Below are positions 51,851-64,000 of a DNA stretch of 64,000 nt, one piece after another. The position numbers and the translations under genes are program-made. Origin of the DNA: Amphiscolops sp. MND2022 (Eukaryota); the NCBI GenBank assembly GCA_964187785.1, contig OZ076413.1:44268001-44332000 (forward strand). Reading direction: 5' to 3'. The notes under the pieces are model-generated. The model saw only the letters and a program-made list of their open reading frames with translations. It ran no database searches and was not told the origin of the DNA. The stretch's first letter is position 1. Each line of letters begins with the position of its first letter.

Positions 51851-53059
51851 CAATAGGGTTGTTTGCGGAGATAAATGCAGTTTTATATAAAAAAGAATTG
51901 ATATAAGGACCCCGAAATAGTCAAAAAATCTTACACTTTTTACATTTTTGTATTTTACAACGCTTTTTTGTAAAAGTTTACACCATTCCATAGAATAGAA
52001 CACAGAAACGATTCAACAACAACTGAAGGCGTAGTCCGGTTTGGCTTTTTGATGGGATAAGTGCCAGTTTCTGATAACAAACGTGCTCTAATTTGACTCA
52101 AAAAATGTCGAAAACTCCCAGAATTTCAAGTTTATGTAGGTTCTTCATGTTACTTGAGTACAATTTTTAAGAATTTGTTGAGTTAGATGGTTCAAAACAA
52201 TCAAAGGCGATAGAATCAGGTATCTAGTTTCCCTTCTTGATGAGAAAATTACAGTGCTTTACATCAGAAATATTTCAAATTTGTACTTTTTCCTGCATTT
52301 TGTGTTCAAATTTTGAAAGTTTTTTTGACTAGGAAAGTTTAAAACACTAAAAAACGAAATAGCTAGCTATGCAGTATGCTATGTTGAAGAAAGTTGCAGT
52401 ATTTTGCATCAAAAGTACTTCAAAAGTGAACCTGATGAGTCCGAAATAAAAAGTCTAAATTCATCGTTTCTTATGCAAAGTTCTGAAATTTTTGAGAAGT
52501 TCCCATCGTTGGAAGAAAGCAAACCCTCAACAGCAAACAAATACATTATTCAGCAGGTTTTTATAAAGTGAATTGCAGTTTCACGTTAGAAAAGAGCCTC
52601 AAAATGACTCAAAAATTTTGGCAGTTGTTCGACAATTAGTGAATTTCTATTGAAAGTTACCAAAACTACATAATAGTCCAGAAGTCTATCCTTTTGGAGT
52701 AGGCGTGCAGATTTTTCAAAAAAGAGATCGACAATTGTGGATGCAAAAAGTTGGTCAGATCGACTTTTTTTGAAATGTTGATATACTTTTTTGTAAACGT
52801 TTCGAGCAATTTTGTTATTCAAGAACGACTGGACCCGTTATCCAATAGGCGTTTTTAAAAAGACATCTACAGTTTCTTATAAAAGTTCCTCAAATGACCA
52901 CAAAGTTGTCGAAAAAGCGGAAATTTGTATAAATTTGACGTTTTTGGCGACTTCGCGCAAATATAAAAAAAAAATCAATTGGTTAGGTTTTGGAATACAC
53001 ACAATCTGACAAAAAACCAATTAGGTGTTTGGTGTCTTCTTGAAGTGTTCCCTTCTGAA

Positions 53060-53360
53060 ATGGCATGACATTATTCAAAAAGTGTCAAACCTTTTCTCAT
53101 CAAACCTCTATGCGTTTTCATCGTTTTCATAGTGTAATGGCTACTCTTGAGCCTCAAAAGTATGTCATTGCTATAACAGTTGGGACGGAAAATATCCTGC
53201 TGGTCAGCGGGCGTCTTGTTTTCAATACCTTCCGAATTTTTGACGTAATATCCGAAGTGAAAGGTTTCATCCGAATTGTGATCTGATTTGAGTTAATGCT
53301 TAACATGAATTGTCGCTTGATGTGAGTTGCAACTATGGCGTGAAATTGAAATGACACGAA
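53060..53360 (-). pseudogene. Second fragment of the unidentified ORF family at 5400-6590
   Basis: cttgagcctcaaa...ggaaaatatcc...cagcgggcgtcttgtt is shared with 5445-5520. Confidence 0.5.
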
Positions 53361-53831
53361 TTTTTGCCAGCACTTCTTGAATTTTTTAGCACAAATTAAG
53401 ACCTAATAGCTCAATTCATCGAGTTGTCTGTCCCAAAGTAGCAGAAAAGAAGATGCCTGTAAAATTAAGTGCATTACAAAAATTAATTCCTGCTGTGCCT
53501 AAGTTTCACACTTTCAGCAATAATTATCTGGCTCAATTATACTTACTACCCAGTTGAAGAGTCGAAAAAGAGCTTTACTTAAATGCAAACTTTTTCTCAT
53601 AATATAGTCATAAAATTTAAATTATGCCGACCAAGAAAGAAGAAGAAAGCTTGTTCTCCCAATTCCGCGGTGTGGACACCGAATAAGCAGTTCTACTTTT
53701 TTTAAAGTCGGTGCCTTCTCGGATACCTCTCCATATCTCCTTATGGCACCCAGGACATTTTATTAAACTTTCTCGGGAGGTTATGGGTACAGTTAATATG
53801 TTGTTTGCTTCAGAATTGGTCCTCATTTCAG

Positions 53832-54098
53832 ATCTGCGAAAACTTCAAAAGCGACATCAGATGTGTAATGGATCAGCTCGACAGATGTTTCGCTCTCAAG
53901 TTTTCCTGCCAAGATGTCCCCTCTTCGCACACGTGGAGCGAGATTGGACCCTACATTGTCATCGAAAACAACGAAGGAGAAACTGTGGGTCAGACTAAAC
54001 TTGTGCGCAAGACTGCCTTCCCAGTGTGGCCAGACGTGTATGTCCCCGAAAACAGGCTGACTTTTGGCCAGAATGATGACACGTGCATGCTATTCAAG
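53832..54098 (+). CDS. Exon of the C2-C2-repeat gene: N-terminal part of the first C2 domain
   Basis: catttcag acceptor (an alternative in-frame acceptor lies 18 nt upstream); FALKFSCQDVP...PYIVIE...GQTKLVRKTAFPVW...CMLFK; donor aag|gttaga at 54099. Confidence 0.7.
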
Positions 54099-54756
54099 GT
54101 TAGAGAGAAACAAGTCGGGAACAATCCAGGTCGGTACCACACACGAGGCTCAAAAAAGAGCCAATGTTTTTCTAAATGCCGGCGGACATCTGATAAGAAA
54201 ATTGGCTCAATTTCACAGTCTCAAGTAATACCCCGAAGAGGCCTTGAAACTTGAGAAATTTGAACTAAAAGTATCACGAAACCCAATTGTCTCGAAAAAC
54301 AAACTTTTCAGGAAAAGTCTGAAAATGTCGTGAAACCCAAAAGGGACCCTTTATGCTCGGAAACCGCCTTTTCCTGACTTAAAAAAATTAAAAATTCAAA
54401 AGGGAATGAAAAATCAAATTCGAGAAAAGTAGGCACAGAGAAAACTTTCATCAGTCCAACATGACCAAAAAACAACCAAAGCAGCATAGCTAAAGGTTAC
54501 AAACTAATGCGCATTTAAATGCTCTGGCAAGGTCTGTCTCTCAGCCTGAAAATCTGGTTTTCGGAAATTTGCCATTTTTTCAGTGATCTACGCTGAAACA
54601 AGCCTGAAAAACTTAGCAATAGAATTGAACTAAACGGGATTTCAGTACGAATCTTGCAACGGGATCAATGACAGCCAAGATCTTTCGAGAGATTGAGCAG
54701 CCAATATGCTAAGAATAGGGTCGACCCGGGAAGTTATAAGTCGTAGGTTGTTGTAG

Positions 54757-54910
54757 GTTATCTTCAAGTTGTACGTCTACAAGTTCATGCAGCAAGACGA
54801 GTTGTTGGGCAGTGTTTGCGTAGAGGTCAATGACCTTTATGAGGCCGAGCAGAGGTCAACGCACAAAGTTTGGGTGGTAGATGACATGGACAGAGATGAC
54901 TGCTTCCTAG
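54757..54910 (+). CDS. Exon of the C2-C2-repeat gene: C-terminal part of the first C2 domain
   Basis: ttgtag acceptor (or aag at 54768); (VIFK)LYVYKFMQQDELLGSVCVEV...DDCFL; donor ctag|gtgggt in phase 1, matching the next exon. Confidence 0.7.
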
Positions 54911-55243
54911 GTGGGTCATCAATGATTCAGACTGCATCTTTCTTCTTGCATAGATGTCATTTCCCATAAATCATCATCATTTTCCCATGATGAAGTTTCC
55001 AATTTTTCACAAAAACAGAAGGAAAATTAGGCAAGTTTCCTTGATTTGAAAAACGTTGTCACGAAAAAACGTGGTTGCTTACATGTCGAATAACTTTTAT
55101 CATGAAGGAACTCACTGCACTTCAAAATGGGTATTTATTGATTCGGTAATAATGGCAACTTTTACCAACAACCTTTTCTGCATTTCTAGTACATTGGGCA
55201 AAATAAGATTAAAGCTTCACAAGATGACGTAATTACGTTTCAG

Positions 55244-58200
55244 TTTTGGAGGAATGCCGTTTGGTGACGAACACATTGGTGCTAGAACAACTACAAGCAG
55301 TGTCAGTGGACTACAGCTCCGACAAGCTCACACAGAAACTATTGAAGAAACTCTACGCCAAGCCAGAATTCACTTTAGCCGTCAAGTTTCGAGGTATCAA
55401 TTTGGCTGATACGGATATCATCGGCAAATCAGACCCATATTTGGAAGTTTTGGACCTCAATAACAAAGTTCTTTATCGCACAGAAACAATCAGAAACAAC
55501 TTAAACCCCAAGTGGAGAGTGTTCAGCCTCGCTCAACGCCAGTTTGCCCCAAATTGGAGCTTTCATCAACTAATTTTCAAAGTTTTTGACCGAGATTTAA
55601 TCGGGAAAAACGATTTAATTGGCCAGGTAGAAATCAATGGAAGAATTTTGATGGCTGCGAGTAAACAGAAAAAATCACTAACTTGGCGGCTTTATGAGAA
55701 AACGATCGAAACTGGGATTCAAAACGACATTCCTTTAATGAGGGGAAAACTGAGGTTGGACTACGCACTTGCGAACCAAGAATTTCCAGACTTGCCGGAG
55801 TTGAAAGTTTTGGAAGATGAACTTGTGTTCTATAACAAACATAGAGGATCCATTGATACCTTACTGCAGCATGCCAGTGTTCATGGGCTGGTCGCAATTG
55901 AAGATGTGCTTACTGGCAACGAAGGAAATAAAGTCGACGACACAACTTTACCTTTTGCAGACGAATCTTCAGAACTTGCGTCACAAGAATCACGAGAACC
56001 TTCGTCGAGCAAAGTTTCAATTTCCGAAACCCCAATTCCCTTTTTAATTTCACATGAAAGTGCCAATGAAAATACTCTCGATGATACCAGCCCTGAAATT
56101 TCACGTCGCATCGAAAAGCATCCCATTTTGAAAGACATTACTCAAGAAACTGTAGACATAGATCAAAATATTGATGACAACAGTAGCAATGAGTTGCAGA
56201 AATCGACAGATACCAGAAATCCCGAAACCTTGAAAGAATCCGATGACGTCTGCAGCGCTCCAATTTCGGACACTACTGCAGCTTTAGATGATTCAAAACC
56301 TGAAAAAGTGTATGAGCAACAACCCGACCCAGAGCTTGAAAATTCGACAGATGTGGGAAATTATTCTGAGATTGAAAGTTCTGGAGAGTTTGAGAGGAAC
56401 AGGGAGAGATCAATCAGTCAAGAAAGTACTGAAAGTGACATCGAACCCCCAAAAGTGGATATAAAACCCAAGGAACGAAAAACAAGTCAAGTTGTCAACG
56501 ACATCAGCAAGGTGAGACGACTTTCGCTGATGATTCAAAATCCCGACAACTTTCTATCTCTAGATGGCCCTGAAAATGAAAGTTTCTGCAGATCACTGAG
56601 TCTTAAACGAGGGAACGAAAATTTATTGGATTGTCGAAGATCTGTACCTACAGAACTTCTCGATCAACTATTTGAGAAGAAAGAAAAACTGGTTTTGCCA
56701 GATGTTACGGACGCTGAAACGGACTTCGTTCAAGATGCTGACTTTCAGAAAGAAGAAACAGACGAAATCCATGTCGATCAACAGTTTTATCAGAGCGAAA
56801 TAATTAATTTGAAGAGAAGTAATTTAATCGAAGCAGCAGACTGTAACGCGACACAATTGAATAACCCGCAGCTGAATGATTACAAAAGGCGACGGAAAAG
56901 CGGACTTATGCAGCAAATGACCCAACCTAAGTTCATTGCGGAACTTGAACCTGTTCAAGATACGTCAAACAATGCGGACGGCAAAAGAAACTCTGTTAAA
57001 TTGAGAATGTTCACAAACTATTCAACATTCGAAGAATACGATGAAGATGAAATTATTGCTGAAGAGGATCTGGATTTTTGTCATGGGGCTAATGCGGATT
57101 ATTTAGACAATTTACGAGACAATTGCGGTGAAGATTCAAATACAAACCCAGTTGAGGTTACATCATCGGCTTCATTGGAAATTTCCAAACCCAATCCAAA
57201 AACGAAACGAGATGAGCTTTTGGCGAAAGTCAAAGAAGCAGAATTGAATAAACGCTTTGTTGACAGAAAAACGGAGACGAGTTCTAGCTCAGGATTCACG
57301 AGTACAACCAAAACTATTACCCACAGTATGAATAAGTTGAATGGGGAAAATGAAAACGGAATTGAGCCTGAAACTCGAACCAAGAGGAGCAAGTCATCTT
57401 TTGACATCACAGAAGATTTGAATTCTATGATGGATCAAACTGAAACGTTTGAGCAAAGCAAACGTTTAACAAAAAGTTCTCTCACCTTGAGCGATAAAAC
57501 CAATGAACTTGACGAAGAACGTGAAAACCCAGCGTCATCTATTAACCTTACAGAAGTAGCGAATGATGAAAGTGGAAAAACCATATCTACCAATCACGTT
57601 GAAGAAACAATACCGAATTCAACGGAAATGGAGCAAAGTGTAAACTCTGGTAACAAAAGTTTGGTGTTCAATGGTCCAGAAAAAGAATATAACTCCAGTG
57701 ATGCACATATAGTTCATGAATCTCCGGAATTCATCCAGGAAACGAAGTCAACGCATAGTTTATCAGTTGGTGTACCCAAAAACCATGAATCCAGAAGATC
57801 GGATATTAAAACCGCACACGGATCCCAGCAAAGATCAAGATCATTGACTCTGTACGTGAGTGATTTCGAGAACAAAATTCCTGAAGCCCAAAAAGATGAG
57901 TTTGAGTGTCGAGTAACTAGAAGCGAAGAGTTAACAAGAAGACAATCTTCATCTATTATAAAACGCCTGTCATTCAAAAAACCAAGAAGTTCTACTCATA
58001 AAGAAATAATAGCTTCAGAAGAAGTCAAGGAAAGAAAGTTCAGAAAGAGTAAAAAATTGACACAATCAGCGCAAAATCTTAGTGAGAAAGACTTAAAAGT
58101 AGAAGCAATGATTTCTGCTGAGGCACCCGTCTTTCATAAATCTTCTCAGATGAGAGATCGAGCAAAGACTATTGAAGGCCATGGAGAAGTCACTGAAAAT

Positions 58201-61200
58201 ATTAAGGACGCTGATGATGTATTCTACGAGACTCTCAAATGTGATTATCAGAACCAGTTTGGGTTAAGTGATACAAACAATGATTCCAAAAGCAGCAATA
58301 AAACGCCAGAGAAGCGTGACGAAAAAGACAAAAAGATTCCGGATAAAATTGCAAATTGCGAAAATCCCACACCGAAAATAGTCGGGAAAACGAAAGAATC
58401 CGATGGAATGGTTGTTTCAAACCAAGCTTCCATTGAAAACGCAGAAACACCAAAATCTGATAGAGAAGTTGAAGACAAGGAAACGAAGGCCAAAACACCT
58501 ATTTCTATTGCAAACTTAGAAAGACAAAATTCCGATGGGGACGTTGACGAATTAGACATGAATGTCAAAACTTCGACTAGAATCTTGGAGTCAACAGGAA
58601 GACTCTCGGAAACTGAAATTGTGGATATAACTCCGAAGGTACCAAGCGAATGTTCTACTGAAAACACAGTACCTCAAAGACCAGACGAGGAAATACGAGG
58701 AGGGGAGATGAAAACCGAACCAACTATTCGAACCTCGCAGTCTGCAGGTAAGCTACCGGAAACTAGAATTGTAGAACAAGATCCAGAGGAACGAAGAGAA
58801 CCTTCCACTGAGAACGCAAAAACTCAAACTACTGATAAGGAGGTTGTTGAGCTAAACTTGGAAACGAAAACCTTTAGTGTACCATTGGAGTCGTCAAGGA
58901 AGCTATCGGAAACAAGAATTGTCGATCCGGCTGAAGAATTACAACACGTACTCTCCACAGAAAATGCTGAAACTCACAAACTTGATACGGAAGTTGTCAA
59001 GCTAGACATGAAAGAGGACACCTCTACTGACACCTTGGAGTCACCAGAGAAGCTGTTAGAAACATTTCATGTAGATCCGACACTAACGGAACCGAGGGAA
59101 ACTTTGCCTGGAAACACAGAAACGCAAAATTCCGATGCGGAGGTTGATGAGCTGTGCGTGAATGCAGAAGCAACGACAGGAACCCTAGACTCATCAGGAA
59201 TGGTACCAAAAAATAGTACTAAAGGTCAAAGACCAGAGGAACCAAAAGATTTTTCTACTGGAAACGCAGAAACACAAGCATCTGATGAGGAAGTCGAGGA
59301 GTTTCAGTTGAAGGCAATAGCTTCAGTTGGAACCATGAATTCATCTGGAATGTTCCCGGGAACGAAAACTGTAGATGCAAATCACGGGATATCGAAGGAA
59401 ACGTCCATCGAAGATGCAGATATACAAACATCTGATAGAGAAGTTGATGAGCTAGACAAGGTGGACCCCTCTATAAGAAGCCTGGAGCCAACTGGAACAC
59501 TAACAGAAACTAGCATTGAATACCAAAACACTGAGGATCCGAAGCAATCATCCCCCGAAAAAGGAGAAGCACAAGATTGTGATAAGGAAGTTGACGAGCT
59601 TACCTTGAAAGCCAACATCCATACTGGAACCCTGGAAACATGTGGAATTCTACCTGAAACTAGCACTCTAGAAGAAATCTCCGAAGATTCGAAGCAATCA
59701 TCAGCTGGAAACGCAGAAAAACAAGAATCTGATGAGGAAGTTGATGAGCTTAAATTGAATGCTAACACGTCTACTGGAACCCTGGAGTCATCTAGTATGC
59801 TACCGGAAACTAGCACAGTAGACCAAACTTTCGAGAGTTCGAAGCAATCATCAAATGGAAACGCAAAAACACAAGAATCTGATGAAGAAGTTGAGCAGCT
59901 TAAATTGAATGCGGAAGCTTCGAATCAACCAATGGAGTCATCTGGAATTCTACCGGAAACTAGCACTCTAGACCAAAATCCCGATAATCCAAAACAATTC
60001 TCAACTGGAAACGCCGAAGCGCAAAAATGTGAGCAGGAAGTTGACGATCTCAAACTGAACACCCCTACCGAAACATTGGAGTCATCTGGAATGCTACCGG
60101 AAACTAGCACACTAGACCAAAATTCCGACGGTCCCAAGCAATCATCCACTGAAAGCGCAGAAAAACAAGAATCTGATGAGAATGTTGATGAGCTTAAATT
60201 GAATGCTAACCCATCTACTGGAACCCTGGAGTCATCTGGAAAATTATCGGAAACTGGCACTCTAGACCAAAATTCCGAGGGTCCGAAGCAATCTTTCACT
60301 GTGAATCCAGAAACACAAGAATCTGATGAGGAAGTTGATGAGTTCGACATGAATACGAACACACCTACTGGAACCCTGAAGTCATCTGGAAAATTATCGG
60401 AAACTGGCACTCTAGAACAAAATTCCGACGGTCCGAAGCAATCATCCACAGAAAATGCAAAACAACAAGAATCTGATGAGGAAGTTGATGAGCTTAAATT
60501 GAACGCTAACCCGTCTACTGGAACACTGGAGTCATCTGGAATGCTACCGGACACTAGCACTCTAAACCAAAATTACGAGGGTCCGAAGCAATCTTCAACT
60601 GGAAAAGCAGAAACACAAGAATCTGATGAGGAAGTTGATGAGCTTAAATTGAATGCTAACACGTCTACTGGAACCCTGGAGTCATCTAGTATGCTACCGA
60701 AAACTAGCACACTAGACCAAAATTCCGACGGTCCGAAGCAATCTTCAACTGAAAATGCAGAACAACAACAAGAATCTGATGAGGAAGTTGATGCGCTTGA
60801 ATTGAATGCGAACACGTCTACTGGAACCCTGGAGTCATCTGGAAAGTTACCAGAAAGTAGGACACTAGACCAAAATTGCGACGGTCCGAAGCAATCATTC
60901 ACTGAAAATGCAGAACAACAAGAATCTGATGAGGAAGTTGATGAGTTCGACATGAATACGAACACACCTACTGGAACCCTGGAGTCATCTGGAATGCTAC
61001 CGGAAACTAGCACACTAGTCCAAAATTCCGACGGTCCGAAGCAATCTTCAACTGGAAAAGCAGAAACACAAGAATCTGATGAGGAAGTTGATGAGTTCGA
61101 CATGAATACGAACACACCTACTGGAACCCTGGAGTCATCTGGAATGCTACCGGAAACTAGCACACTAGACCAAAATTCCGACGGTCCGAAGCAATCATCC

Positions 61201-64000
61201 ACTGAAAATGCAGAACAACAAGAATCTAATGAGGAAATTGATGAGCTTGAATTGAATGCGGAAGCTTCGAATCAACCAATGGAGTCATCTGGAATTCTAC
61301 AGGAAAATAGCACTCTAGACCAAAATCCCGATAATCCAAAACAATTCTCAACTGGAAACGCCGAAGCACAAAAATGTGAGCAGGAAGTTGACGATCTCAA
61401 ACTGAATGCGAACACCCCTACCGAAACCTTGGAGTCATCTGGAATGCTACCGGAAACTAGCACACTAGACCAAAATTCCGACGGTCCGAAGCAATCATCC
61501 ACTGAAAGTGCAGAAAAACAAAAATCTGATGAGAATGTTGATGAGTTCGACATGAAAGCGAACACTCCTACTGGAACCCTGGAGTCATCTGGATCATCTG
61601 GAAAATTATCGGAAACTGGCACTCTAGACCAAAATTCCGAGGGTCCGAAGCAATCTTTCACTGTGAATCCAGAAACACAACAATCTGATGAGGAAGTTGA
61701 TGAGTTCGACATGAATACGAACACACCTATTGGAACCCTGGAGTCATCTGGAATGCTACCGGAAACTAGCACACTAGACCAAAATTCCGACGGTCCGAAG
61801 CAATCATCCACTGAAAATGCAGAACAACAAGAATCTGATGAGGAAGTTGATGAGCTTAAATTGAATGCTAACACGTCTACTGGAACACTGGAGTCATCTG
61901 GAATGCTCTCGGACACTAGCACTCTAAACCAAAATTCTGAGGGTCCGGAGCAATATTTCACTGTGAACCCAGAAACACCAGAATCTGATGAGGAAGTTGA
62001 TGGGTTCGACATGAATACGAACAGACCTACTGGAACCCTGGAGTCATCTGGAAAGCTTCAGGAAACTAGCACACTAGACCAAAATTCCGACGGTCCGAAG
62101 CAATCATCCACTGAAAATACAGAACAACAAGAATCTGATGAGGAAGTTGATGAGCTTAAATTGAATGCGAACACGTCCACCGGAACACTGGAGTCATCTG
62201 GAATGCTACCGGAAACTAGCACACTGGACCAAAATTCGGACGGTCCGAAGCAATCATCCACTGAAAATGCAGATTATCAAGAATCTGATGAGGAAGTTGA
62301 TGAGCTTAAATGGAATACGAACACGTCTACTGGAACCCTGGAGTCATCTGGAATGCTACCGGAAACTAGCACACTAGACCAAAATTCCGACGGTCCGAAG
62401 CAATCTTCAACTGGAAAAGCAGAAACACAAGGATCTGATGAGGAAGTTGATGAGCTTAAATTGAATGCTAACACGTCTACTGGAACCCTGGAGTCATCTG
62501 GAATGCTACCGGAAACTAGCACACTGGACGAAAATTCCGACGGTCCGAAGCAATCATCCAGTGAAAATGCAGAACAACAAGAATCTGATGAGAATGTTGA
62601 TGAGTTCGACATGAAAGCGAACACTCCTACTGGAACCCTCGAGTCTTGTGGAAAATTATCGGAAACTGGCACTCTAGACCAAAATTCCGAGGGTCCGAAG
62701 CAATCTTTCACTGTGAATCCAGAAACACAAGAATCTGATGAGGAAGTTGATGAGTTCGACATGAATACGAACAGACCTACTGGAACCCTGGAGTCATCTG
62801 GAATGCTACCGGAAACTAGCCCACTAGACCAAAATTCCGACGGTCCGAAGCAATCTTCAACTGGAAAAGCAGAAACACAAGAATCTGATGAGGAAGTTGA
62901 TGAGCTTAAATTGAATGCTAACACGTCTACTGGAACCCTGGAGTCATCTAGTATGCTACCGAAAACTAGCACACTAGACCAATGTTCCGACGGTCCGAAG
63001 CAATCTTCAACTGAAAATGCAGAACAACAACAAGAATCTGATGAGGAAGTTGATGAGCTTAAATTGAATGCGAACACGTCTACTGGAACACTGGAGTCAT
63101 CTGGAATGCTACCGGAAACTAGCACACAAGACCAAAATTTCGACGGTCCGAAGCAATCATCCACTGAAAATGCTGAACAACAAGAGTCTAAAGAGGAAGT
63201 CGACGATCTTAAATTGAATGCGAACACGTCTACTGGAACCCTGCAGTCATCTGGAATGCTACCGGAAACTAGCCCACTAGACCAAAATTCCGACGGTCCG
63301 AAGCAATCTTCAACTGGAAATGCAGAAACACAAGAATCTGATGAGGAAGTTGACGAGCTTAAATTGAATGCGGAAGCTTTGAATCGAACCTTGGAGTCAT
63401 CTGGAATGCTACCCGAAACTAGCATTCTTGACCAAAGTTCCGACGCTCCGAAGCATTTATCAACTGAAAAATCAGGAACACAAAAATCTGATGAAGAACT
63501 TGATGAGCTTATCTTGAATGCGGAAGCTTCGAATCGAGCCCTGGAGTCATCTGGTAAGCTCCCCCTTGTTGATCAAACTCAAGAAAAACCGAAGGCACAA
63601 GGCTCCGATAAAAAAGTTGATGATCTGGAGACGAATGCCAAAGCATGGTCTGGAAACTTGGAGCCGACAAGAACACCACCGGAAACTGAAACCGCAGATC
63701 ATGTTCAGAATGGACCGAACACAAAAACAGCAAAATCAGAGCAAGAAGTTGATGTGAATGAATTGAGTACACAAAAAACTAAAGAAGTTAATGTAAAAAT
63801 TTCATGTAGCAATTTTGACAACCAAAAGTCACCCTTAGAGTTATCAGCTAAAATTATGGAGCCAAAATCAGACGTTAATGGACAAAAAATTCTACCTATC
63901 ACATCAAACATCCCTTTGAAATCATTGCCCAAACCGCCAAATGACCATGATCACAACTGTAATGCAAGCACGTTTGAATCAGATAATGGAAGAAAACTGG
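55244..64000 (+). CDS. Giant exon (over 2,900 codons, open to the window end): second C2 domain, acidic low-complexity linker and 50-aa tandem repeats
   Basis: gtttcag acceptor in phase 1; frame +1 translated through to 64000 with no stop seen. Copine-like C2: LAVKFRGINLADTDIIGKSDPYLEV...YRTETIRNNLNPKW...FKVFDRDLIGKNDLIG. All repeat-unit indels are multiples of 3. Confidence 0.9.
58450..63750 (+). repeat. Coding 150-bp tandem repeat, ~35 units (26 well conserved, starting 59725 to 63484)
   Basis: Consensus ESDEEVDELKLNANTSTGTLESSGMLPETSTLDQNSDGPKQSSTENAEQQ; unit lengths of 144, 150, 153 and 159 bp. Confidence 0.95.

Noticed and set aside
52430-52450. CTGATGAGTCCGAAA, resembling a hammerhead ribozyme core
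   Set aside because: The complementary GGAC strand, the second GAAA and stems I/III are missing.
59725-63634. Regular 150-bp periodicity suggestive of a CRISPR array
   Set aside because: The whole unit is repeated with no unique spacers, it is in-frame coding sequence, and the context is eukaryotic with no cas genes.
57099-63932. Many long minus-strand ORFs (for example 382, 246, 211 and 209 aa)
   Set aside because: They are antisense shadows of the repetitive plus-strand exon; the plus frame is continuous and carries the C2 domain.

Overview
This is AT-rich eukaryotic (probably animal) DNA dominated by LTR retrotransposons of different ages. (1) 3.4-14.5 kb holds decayed Ty3/Gypsy fragments and unidentified coding remnants. 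(2) 18972-24282 is a decayed Gypsy element with both LTRs and a TTTGA target-site duplication (TSD). (3) 26086-32967 is a decayed BEL/Pao element containing a 150-N assembly gap. (4) 35619-44542 is a very young BEL/Pao element with 99.5% identical 1.15-kb LTRs, a GAGTA TSD and a tRNA-His-like primer-binding site (PBS). Its single gag-pol frame is broken only by three in-frame stops (TAA, TAG, TGA) spaced exactly 258 nt apart, and its LTRs end in AAAA rather than CA. The only convincing host gene starts near 53.8 kb and is mostly absent from the supplied ORF track because it runs off the window. It is spliced and encodes two copine-like C2 domains followed by a single exon of more than 8.7 kb (over 2,900 codons). 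That exon encodes an acidic Ser/Thr/Glu-rich region with about 35 copies of a 50-aa repeat showing higher-order structure. Perfect palindromes, a TIR element, tRNA-derived repeats and a ~185-bp satellite are also present. All calls were made by eye, with no database searches.
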